Source: Patescibacteria group bacterium
Lineage (GTDB): Bacteria; Patescibacteriota; Minisyncoccia; Phycocordibacterales; UBA9973
Length of the DNA: 64,000 nt
Direction of reading: 5' to 3'
Assembly: GCA_040388575.1 (NCBI GenBank)
Contig: JAZKBO010000001.1
Location: forward strand, 6,549 to 70,548
Shown: positions 56,759 to 64,000 of the stretch, piece after piece
How positions within the stretch are numbered: the first letter of the stretch is position 1
Layout of the letters: each line of letters opens with the position of its first letter
Translations under genes and position numbers: made by a program
Notes under the pieces: generated by a model
The model's input: only the letters and a program-made list of their open reading frames with translations
Databases searched by the model: none
Told to the model about the DNA's origin: nothing

Positions 56759-58870
56759 ATGGCCAGTATTTTTAGGGTTTTTAAATTACATAATCCATTT
56801 AAACCTGCTGGGGATCAACCCGCAGCTATTTCCAAGCTGATGGAGGGTTTAAATAAAGGTTTGCAAAAACAAACGTTGCTAGGCGCTACAGGTACCGGTA
56901 AGACTTTCACCATGGCTAATGTTATTGCGCAGCATGGTAAGCCTACGTTGGTAATAGCCCACAATAAAACTCTGGCCGCGCAGCTGGCACAAGAGTTCCG
57001 AGAATTTTTTCCAGATTCTGCAGTTCATTACTTCGTTTCTTACTATGACTACTATCAGCCAGAGGCCTACATGCCCGTTACGGATACTTATATTGAAAAG
57101 GATGCGCAGATAAATAAAGAAATCGACCGCCTGCGCCATGCTTCCACTCAAGCACTTCTTACACGCCCGGATGTTATCATCGTAGCTTCAGTTTCCTGTA
57201 TTTATGGCTTGGGTTCACCGGAGGAGTATGAAAAAGTAAATTTAAAACTTGAAGTTGGGATGAAAATGGACCGCCTAACTCTAATGAAACGCTTGATTGA
57301 AATACGTTTCGAGCGCACTAATGCGGACCTTACCCCGGGTACCTTCCGCGCCATGGGCTCGCGAGTGGAATTTATGCCGGTATCGGAGACCATTACATAC
57401 CAAATAGAAATGTTGGGTGGTACAATTTCAAAAATAAATAAAGTTGACCCAATTTCTTCCCACATTATCTCCGAGGAACAAAATATTTTTATTTTCCCCG
57501 CCAAACATTTTATAACCCAGGACTCATATTTAAAAACAGCGCTTGCGAACATAAAAAAAGAACTGTCAGCTCAATTAAAAAAGTTCGAAAAAGAAGGCAA
57601 GTTGCTGGAGGCAGAGAGAATTAAACGTCGCACCAATTACGACCTCGCCATGATTAAAGAAGTTGGCTATTGTAGTGGTATTGAAAATTATTCTCGTCAT
57701 TTGTCAGGTAAAAAAGAGGGTGAACCACCAGAGACATTACTCTCATACTTTCCCCACAAGGCCGATGGTAGTGCAGATTTCTTAACTATCATTGATGAAT
57801 CCCACGTTACCTTGCCGCAACTGCATGCCATGTATGCTGGCGACCAAGCCCGCAAAAATACCCTTGTGGAATACGGCTTCCGCCTACCATCTGCCAAAGA
57901 CAACCGGCCTCTTAAATATGAGGAATTTAGTGCACGTGTAGGCCAGGTTATTTACACTAGTGCTACTCCTGGGGATGACGAAAGGGAAGAAAAGATAGTA
58001 GAGCAAATAATCCGCCCGACAGGATTAGTGGACCCACAGACTATTGTGCGTGGGGTCAGTGAAACAGGGGAGTATAAGGGCCAGATTACGGATTTTATTA
58101 GTGAAACAGAAAAAACTATAAAAAATGGCTGGAGAGTTCTAGCTACAACGCTGACAAAAAAGATGGCAGAAGACCTGACAACGTATTTAAAAGACAAGAA
58201 AATTAAAGCGGAGTATTTACATAGTGATATTAAAACAATTGAAAGAATTCAAATTCTAACTCAGTTCAGGAAAGGTAAATTTGATGTGTTGGTGGGGGTG
58301 AACTTGCTCCGTGAAGGCTTGGATTTACCGGAAGTTGCACTTATCGGGATACTGGATGCAGACAAGGAAGGCTTTCTGCGTTCGGAAACATCCCTCATTC
58401 AAACCATCGGCCGTGCAGCACGCAATAGTGAAGGTAAAGTCATCCTTTATGCGGACAGCATTACTGGCTCGATGGAACGGGCCCTGAAGGAGACGACTCG
58501 CCGCCGCAATATCCAGCTGGCATACAACAAAGAGCATGGTATTACTCCCAAAACAATTGCTAAAAAGATTCATGATATTACCGAGGAGCTTGAGAGTGAG
58601 CATGGTAAAGCCGTAAATGCGGAATTAACTTTGGACCTGGAAGTATTCCGCCGGGCGTATAAAAAAGAAAAAGCTAAACCTTTCAAGCCCGTTGGGCTAG
58701 GGGAGAGCCACTTCTCTGACGAAGAGATCGAGGTGATGATGTATGAGAAGATAATAAAAATGAAGGAAAAAGAAATGAATAAAGCTGTCAAAGAACTCGA
58801 CTTCGAAACCGCCGCTATTTTAAGGGATGAAATAATTGTGCTTAAAACAAAGACAGAGCACAAAGTTTGA
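56759..58870 (+). CDS. uvrB: Excinuclease ABC subunit B
   Basis: 'LLGATGTGKTFTMANVI', helicase motifs, C-terminal UVR domain. Confidence 0.95.
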   Translation: MASIFRVFKLHNPFKPAGDQPAAISKLMEGLNKGLQKQTLLGATGTGKTFTMANVIAQHGKPTLVIAHNKTLAAQLAQEFREFFPDSAVHYFVSYYDYYQPEAYMPVTDTYIEKDAQINKEIDRLRHASTQALLTRPDVIIVASVSCIYGLGSPEEYEKVNLKLEVGMKMDRLTLMKRLIEIRFERTNADLTPGTFRAMGSRVEFMPVSETITYQIEMLGGTISKINKVDPISSHIISEEQNIFIFPAKHFITQDSYLKTALANIKKELSAQLKKFEKEGKLLEAERIKRRTNYDLAMIKEVGYCSGIENYSRHLSGKKEGEPPETLLSYFPHKADGSADFLTIIDESHVTLPQLHAMYAGDQARKNTLVEYGFRLPSAKDNRPLKYEEFSARVGQVIYTSATPGDDEREEKIVEQIIRPTGLVDPQTIVRGVSETGEYKGQITDFISETEKTIKNGWRVLATTLTKKMAEDLTTYLKDKKIKAEYLHSDIKTIERIQILTQFRKGKFDVLVGVNLLREGLDLPEVALIGILDADKEGFLRSETSLIQTIGRAARNSEGKVILYADSITGSMERALKETTRRRNIQLAYNKEHGITPKTIAKKIHDITEELESEHGKAVNAELTLDLEVFRRAYKKEKAKPFKPVGLGESHFSDEEIEVMMYEKIIKMKEKEMNKAVKELDFETAAILRDEIIVLKTKTEHKV

Positions 58871-58921
58871 CTAAATCCTTAAAAGTTGTAGATTTCTTTG
58901 TGAAGGGAACATGGAGGGAAC

Positions 58922-59230
58922 ATGGACAAAAGCTTGAAACCACTCATGTACGTCGGCCTGGCGTTTCTACTCTCGATAGCGACGCTTGCTGTCGGAGCTG
59001 ACTACGTTGACAGGAATCGGGATTACAGCCCCGAGATCGCAATTGCTCGCACGCTCATCGAAGGCGGCACCGTGTCGGGGGAATTTAATGGCTTCCGACA
59101 GACTGCCTGCTCAGGCGACAGCATCACGAAGTTCTTTCTGAAACAGGCCGCGGCAGATGGTCTTGACCCAGAAAAGATTAAACGTCTTTGCAAAGAGACG
59201 GAAATGATCTGGCCTGGAGCGAGGCGCTAG
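58922..59230 (+). CDS. Small secreted protein (high-GC island 3)
   Basis: 102 aa with signal peptide 'LMYVGLAFLLSIATLAVGA' and ~58% GC. Confidence 0.45.
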   Translation: MDKSLKPLMYVGLAFLLSIATLAVGADYVDRNRDYSPEIAIARTLIEGGTVSGEFNGFRQTACSGDSITKFFLKQAAADGLDPEKIKRLCKETEMIWPGARR

Positions 59231-59396
59231 TTTGTGCTTGGGGCGAGAACAATAGTCTCGGAAAGGGAAGAGCTCGACTCGCCCCGCCGAGACTTTTCCA
59301 TTTTATATATGATTTTAAATATTTGACAAAAGGGTTTAAAAGTGCTAGAATTCTAAATAGATTTTGAAATAAAAATGGTCTAGGAGGCCACCGTAG

Positions 59397-59870
59397 ATGG
59401 CTAAAACAGCACTGATGATGACCGGAGCGGGCTCGTTCAGCCATGCCCTTGGCGCAATGCTAAAGGTAAACGGCTGGAAGATCCTTGCCTCCTCGGGCAC
59501 AACTCTCTTCTTGCGTGAGCAGAGTGTAGAGGCAGCCGATGTATATGACGGCAAGGCGAAAGGCACTGGCGAGCGCGAGCTCGCAGCCTGTGACATCGCC
59601 AAGGCGATTCTCGGCGACAAAGCCGAGCTCACCAAGCTCGGCGTCGACTCGATCGATCTCGTGGCGGTGACTCTCACTCGTCGCGTCGATCACTCCATCG
59701 ACTTTGGAGGAACCACCATCTTGCTCGCTGCTCTACATGGCGGGAAGATGGTGGTTAATGAAGACACGGAGCACGCAGCAATACTGACCTGCTTACGTGA
59801 AGAAATGACCCCTTTTGTACGAGTCAATCTCCACATCGAAGCCCGCAAACAACTCGCCAACCACTGCTGA
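59397..59870 (+). CDS. Stand-alone MGS-like / IMP-cyclohydrolase (PurH N-terminal domain)-like protein
   Basis: 'ILASSGTT' ~ PurH 'LLSTGGTA'; 'IDLVAVTLTRR' ~ 'IDLVVVNLYPF'; 'IDFGGTTILLAALHGG' ~ 'IDIGGPTMVRSAAKNH'. High-GC island 3. Confidence 0.45.
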   Translation: MAKTALMMTGAGSFSHALGAMLKVNGWKILASSGTTLFLREQSVEAADVYDGKAKGTGERELAACDIAKAILGDKAELTKLGVDSIDLVAVTLTRRVDHSIDFGGTTILLAALHGGKMVVNEDTEHAAILTCLREEMTPFVRVNLHIEARKQLANHC

Positions 59871-59901
59871 CCTAAGCCACCCCAGCTCAACCATCCCGCC
59901 C

Positions 59902-59937
59902 AGCGACGCCCACGTCAGCTGGGCGTCGCTATTTCTG
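59902..59937 (+). terminator. Rho-independent terminator after the IMPCH-like gene
   Basis: AGCGACGCCCA-cgtcagc-TGGGCGTCGCT followed by ATTTCT. Confidence 0.5.
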
Positions 59938-60055
59938 TAAATAATAAAAATAGAGTCTTTAAAAATACTTTAATATAAAAAGAGAAAGACGGCAGGAAGT
60001 GATGCGCGCCTGCGCGTTCTTCTCTGCCGTCGCTTGCTGTTTCGAACAGGCGCCA

Positions 60056-60355
60056 TCATTCGTTCGTGAAGAGCTCCTTACAAACCTGCTCGAGTACAGG
60101 ATTGATCTTTGCGAGCGCCGCCGAAACTTGTTCCTTTGCCGCCGCGGGCGCCGGAATCGTGCCTCGAGAGTAACCCATTTCCATCCGATAGACCATGTCC
60201 TGAATGGGGAACAAGACTCCTGTGGAGACGTCGGCCATTTCTACTTTGGGCTCAAGCTTGAGAAAGGCCGTCCCTGAGTGAGTAAACACGGAGCGTAAGA
60301 CGCCTGTGACCAGATCACGAAGTGCCAGGTTGGCTTCTTCAGGTGACATTTTCAT
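60056..60355 (-). CDS. Hypothetical 99-aa protein, possibly a roadblock/LC7-like fold (high-GC island 3)
   Basis: ORF with a GC-rich stem (gacggcag...ctgccgtc, 59988-60031) plus T-run terminator downstream on the minus strand. Fold assignment is a guess. Confidence 0.4.
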   Translation of the reverse strand: MKMSPEEANLALRDLVTGVLRSVFTHSGTAFLKLEPKVEMADVSTGVLFPIQDMVYRMEMGYSRGTIPAPAAAKEQVSAALAKINPVLEQVCKELFTNE

Positions 60356-60507
60356 TTTGAGTTCTCCTGTTGACTTCCGGGCTTACATTACCACTTTTTA
60401 GAAATTCGTCAATTTGGAAATTTTGTGATACAATATAGATAATTAAATATTGATACACACCCCAATAGAAGCAGGCGGGGTGTAATTGTGTTGTATAGTG
60501 AAAAACC

Positions 60508-63183
60508 ATGAAAAAGCAAGAAAATATAGATAAAATAACGATAAAGGGAGCCAGAACGCACAACCTAAAGAATGTGGATGTGGAAATGCCACGCAATAAA
60601 ATGATTGCGATTACGGGCGTTTCAGGGAGTGGCAAAAGCTCACTCGCTTTTGATACAATTTTCGCCGAAGGGCAACGCAGATATGTAGAGTCGCTATCTT
60701 CTTACGCACGCCAATTTCTAAACCAAATGCCTAAGCCGGATGTGGATGAAATAACTGGCCTCTCACCAGCAATTTCTATCGATCAAAAATCTCGCTCCAA
60801 TAACCCGCGTTCCACGGTGGCTACAATTACAGAAATTTATGATTACCTTCGCGTCATGTACGCACGTATCGGGCACCCACATTGCCCTATCTGCGGCGAG
60901 GAGATTAAAAAGCTTTCGAATGAGCAAATCCTTAATTTTATTTTAGATAAAGTAAAAACTTTTGAAAAAGGTAAGAAAAGAAAAGTTATGGGTGTAGAGT
61001 GGGATGAAACGGAGATAAGTATTTACTCGCCGGTGGTGCGCGGCAGGAAAGGGGAATATTATCAATTGCTGTACGATTTACTCGGGAAAGGATTTTCTGA
61101 AATTCGCCTTGATGGCGTAAAAAAGAAGCTCCGCGAGCAAATCACCCTTTCTAAGAATAAAGCGCACAATATTGATATCCTTGTGGATCATTTTGCAGTG
61201 CATGAATTTACAGACAATAAAGAAAGCAGCCGGATGCGCTTGGCGGAAGCTGTGGAAAGGGCGCTTATTGAGTCTGATGGATTGGTAACAATTGCTTTCG
61301 GTAATCCTGCGCAGAAGAACACCTTTTCTTCAGGTCCTCGGATCTCTGGGTCCCTCCCCCAGCCAGACCGTTCAGAAAAGCTTTCTTCTGCTCCGGAAGA
61401 GTTCGTTATGTCCGCCAAATTTGCCTGCAAGAATGATGGCTTTTCTTTTCCAGAAGTGGAGCCGCGCCTTTTCTCTTTCAACTCACCTTACGGTGCGTGT
61501 CCTGCATGTAACGGCCTCGGTACAAAATATTTCGGCGGCGATGAACCATGTGAATCTTGCCATGGTGCCCGCCTGCGCCCGGAGGCACTAAATGTTTTCA
61601 TTTCTACCGGGCATACTCGCAAAAATATTCTGGATTTAGCGGAGCTATCAATTGCTGACGCTCATGAATTTTTTAAAAATCTTAAACTTTCCGACCAAGA
61701 AAAGGAAATTTCCGTGCCAGTGGTGAAGGAGATTGAAGCCCGGCTGGAGTTCATGCTCGATGTTGGACTCGACTATTTACAGTTATCTCGTAAGGCTAAC
61801 ACGCTCTCGGGCGGGGAAGCCCAGAGAATAAGGCTGGCTTCCCAACTGGGCTCTAGGCTCGTAGGGGCACTATATGTGCTGGATGAGCCTACGATTGGAC
61901 TACATCAGCGGGACAATGACCGCTTAATAAAAACCTTGCTGCATTTGCGCGACTTAGGGAACACAATTTTAATTGTGGAGCACGATGAAGACACAATTTA
62001 CGCTTCGGATTACATAGTGGACATCGGGCCTAAGGCCGGAGTGCATGGGGGTAAAATAATTGTCTCTGGATATTTAGATGAGCTTCTAACTGCCAAAAAG
62101 AATACAAATAATTCTAGAACTCTCGCATACTTGCGAGGTGAAGAAAAAATAGAAGTACCTAAAAAACGCCGGGAAGCTAAGGGTCAGTTGCGAATCGTTG
62201 GCGGTAAAGCATTTAATATTAAAAATATGAATGTGGAAGTGCCGCTTGGCGTGATGACTTCTATCACTGGCGTGTCAGGCTCGGGTAAAAGCTCCTTAAT
62301 GTATGAAATTTTATATAAAAACCTACAAGCACGTTATGAGCGCAAGTATCGTACTGCTCAAACATTCAATTGTGCGAGTTTTTCAGGGACAGAATACTTA
62401 ACAAGAGCAATTTTGATCGATCAGTCACCAATTGGCCGCACACCGCGCTCCAATATTGCAACCTACACTGGAACTTTTACACACATTCGTGATTTGTTTG
62501 CCACTACTGAAGAAGCGCGGCTACGTGGCTGGAAGGCAAACCGCTTTTCTTTCAATGTTCGTGGTGGCCGCTGTGAAGCGTGTGAAGGTAATGGTGAGAT
62601 AGCAGTAGAGATGCACTTCCTGCCCACGGTTTACGTTACCTGTGATGTTTGTGATGGTAAACGCTTTGATAAAGAAACTTTGACGGTAAAATACAAAAAG
62701 AAAAATATTTATGAAGTGTTAAAAATGACAGTGGAAGAGGGGCTTACATTCTTTAAAGATATCCCAGCTGTTTCTGATAGATTACAAACACTCATTGATG
62801 TGGGGCTGGGCTACCTCGAGCTCGGGCAGAGCGCCACCACACTCTCGGGTGGGGAAGCGCAGCGAGTAAAAATCTCCAGCGAGTTATTCCGTCCTCATTA
62901 TGAAAAGACCATTTATTTACTGGATGAGCCCACAGTAGGGCTACATTATGACGATGTGCAAAAGCTCCTGGAAGTGCTCAATAAGCTTGTAAACAAAGGG
63001 CATACCGTCGTCTTGATCGAACACAACCTCGACATAGTTAAAAGCTCGGATTACATTATAGACATAGGGCCCGAGGGAGGCGTAAAGGGTGGGCACTTGG
63101 TAGCAAAAGGTACACCAGAGGAAGTGGCCAATAATCCTAAAAGTTATACCGGAAAGTATCTTAAAAAGGTATTGAGGAAATGA
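60508..63183 (+). CDS. uvrA: Excinuclease ABC subunit A
   Basis: Two ABC modules ('GVSGSGKSSLAFDT', 'LSGGEAQRIRLA', 'GVSGSGKSSLMYE', 'LSGGEAQRVKIS') and zinc modules. Carries in-frame element copy 3. Confidence 0.95.
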   Translation: MKKQENIDKITIKGARTHNLKNVDVEMPRNKMIAITGVSGSGKSSLAFDTIFAEGQRRYVESLSSYARQFLNQMPKPDVDEITGLSPAISIDQKSRSNNPRSTVATITEIYDYLRVMYARIGHPHCPICGEEIKKLSNEQILNFILDKVKTFEKGKKRKVMGVEWDETEISIYSPVVRGRKGEYYQLLYDLLGKGFSEIRLDGVKKKLREQITLSKNKAHNIDILVDHFAVHEFTDNKESSRMRLAEAVERALIESDGLVTIAFGNPAQKNTFSSGPRISGSLPQPDRSEKLSSAPEEFVMSAKFACKNDGFSFPEVEPRLFSFNSPYGACPACNGLGTKYFGGDEPCESCHGARLRPEALNVFISTGHTRKNILDLAELSIADAHEFFKNLKLSDQEKEISVPVVKEIEARLEFMLDVGLDYLQLSRKANTLSGGEAQRIRLASQLGSRLVGALYVLDEPTIGLHQRDNDRLIKTLLHLRDLGNTILIVEHDEDTIYASDYIVDIGPKAGVHGGKIIVSGYLDELLTAKKNTNNSRTLAYLRGEEKIEVPKKRREAKGQLRIVGGKAFNIKNMNVEVPLGVMTSITGVSGSGKSSLMYEILYKNLQARYERKYRTAQTFNCASFSGTEYLTRAILIDQSPIGRTPRSNIATYTGTFTHIRDLFATTEEARLRGWKANRFSFNVRGGRCEACEGNGEIAVEMHFLPTVYVTCDVCDGKRFDKETLTVKYKKKNIYEVLKMTVEEGLTFFKDIPAVSDRLQTLIDVGLGYLELGQSATTLSGGEAQRVKISSELFRPHYEKTIYLLDEPTVGLHYDDVQKLLEVLNKLVNKGHTVVLIEHNLDIVKSSDYIIDIGPEGGVKGGHLVAKGTPEEVANNPKSYTGKYLKKVLRK
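61323..61384 (+). mobile_element. Copy 3 of the ~60-bp GC-rich inverted-end repeat, in frame in uvrA (encodes '...FSSGPRISGSLPQPDRSEKLSS...')
   Basis: Near-identical to copy 4 including the ends CTTTTCTTCAGG / CCGTTCAGAAAAGCTTT. Confidence 0.75.
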
Positions 63184-64000
63184 AATCTGAATTTTTAAAA
63201 AAACAGAACAAAGGAAAAGGTTTGCCAGACAAGCCCGGAGTGTATTTCTTTTTGCAAGATAAAAAAATAATCTATATTGGTAAAGCTACATCACTGCGGA
63301 GCCGGACCAAAAGTTATTTTAGTCCGGATTTAATAAATACTCGCGGGCCGGTAACACTAGAGATGGTATTCAAGGCCAATAATATTAAATGGCAGGAGAC
63401 GGATTCCGTATTAGAAGCGTTAATCCTCGAAGCGAACCTGATAAAAAAATACCAACCTTATTACAATATTAAAGAAAAGGATGATAAAAGTTGGAACTAT
63501 GTTTGCATAACTCGTGAAAAATTACCCAAAGTTCTTATTCTTCGTGCTAAGCAGCTCGTGATCTTCAAAGGAAAAAGCTTTTCTTCAGGTCCTCGGATTC
63601 CTGGGTCCCTCCCCCAGCCAGACCGTTCAGAAAAGCTTTATTCCTTCTCCGCTTGTTACGGTCCGTATACTAGCGGTCCGCAACTACAGGAAGCAATGAA
63701 GATAATTAGGCGGATTTTTCCATACCTGGATGATAAAAGTAAAAATTATCTGCAATTTTATAAACAAATTGACCTAGTGCCGGACCTAGAGGATAGAAAA
63801 AAATATTTAAGAAATATTAAAAACTTAAAACTATTCTTCGAAGGAAAGAAAAAAAGAATTTTGAGTAATCTTAAAAAAGAAATGAAAGCTTATGCCAAAG
63901 TGCGTGCTTTCGAAAAAGCAGGGGAAGTAAAGAAACAAATTTTTGCACTCGAGCACATTAATGATGTTGCACTCCTTAAAGAGGATAAAAATATAACTTC
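63180..64000 (+). CDS. uvrC: Excinuclease ABC subunit C, N-terminal part (continues beyond the window)
   Basis: ATG overlaps the uvrA stop (ATGA). GIY-YIG 'KPGVYFFLQDKKIIYIGKATSLRSR'. Carries in-frame element copy 4. Confidence 0.9.
   Translation, partial: MKSEFLKKQNKGKGLPDKPGVYFFLQDKKIIYIGKATSLRSRTKSYFSPDLINTRGPVTLEMVFKANNIKWQETDSVLEALILEANLIKKYQPYYNIKEKDDKSWNYVCITREKLPKVLILRAKQLVIFKGKSFSSGPRIPGSLPQPDRSEKLYSFSACYGPYTSGPQLQEAMKIIRRIFPYLDDKSKNYLQFYKQIDLVPDLEDRKKYLRNIKNLKLFFEGKKKRILSNLKKEMKAYAKVRAFEKAGEVKKQIFALEHINDVALLKEDKNIT
63574..63639 (+). mobile_element. Copy 4 of the ~60-bp GC-rich inverted-end repeat, in frame in uvrC (encodes '...FSSGPRIPGSLPQPDRSEKLYS...')
   Basis: AAAGCTTTTCTTCAGGTCCTCGGATTCCTGGGTCCCTCCCCCAGCCAGACCGTTCAGAAAAGCTTT with perfect 11-bp terminal inverted repeats. 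Confidence 0.75.

Noticed and set aside
21788-63639. Whether the four repeated ~60-bp elements form a CRISPR array
   Set aside because: The copies are 2-32 kb apart, lie inside conserved protein-coding genes in frame, and have no regular repeat-spacer periodicity or nearby cas genes.

Overview
The window is low-GC (about 38-42%), gene-dense bacterial DNA with standard genetic code, one tRNA and no rRNA. Its gene content resembles a reduced-genome, CPR/Patescibacteria-like organism, but that assignment is an inference. The housekeeping backbone includes pnp, a cytoplasmic histidine kinase, a CYTH/SAM-methyltransferase/NUDIX trio, an EamA transporter and a secreted LCAT-like lipase. It also carries uvrD/pcrA, rsmA, a T4SS-like block with VirB6-like and split VirB4-like proteins, and the chromosomal origin region (jag-yidC-yidD-rnpA-rpmH <-> dnaA-dnaN). 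Further along are a class A PBP, tyrS, ruvC, ruvB, pilB, polA, tRNA-Lys, uvrB, uvrA and the start of uvrC. Four things stand out. First, three high-GC islands (about 55-60% GC) are embedded in the AT-rich backbone; one of them encodes a strongly divergent FtsZ/tubulin-family protein. Second, a roughly 60-bp GC-rich element with inverted ends and open reading frames is inserted in frame into four DNA-repair/replication genes (uvrD, polA, uvrA, uvrC). Third, a roughly 230-nt GC-rich non-coding stretch between ruvC and ruvB carries an SRP-RNA-like motif. Fourth, the CYTH triphosphatase, SAM methyltransferase and NUDIX genes are arranged like an RNA 5'-end capping/decapping module. No CRISPR array was seen.
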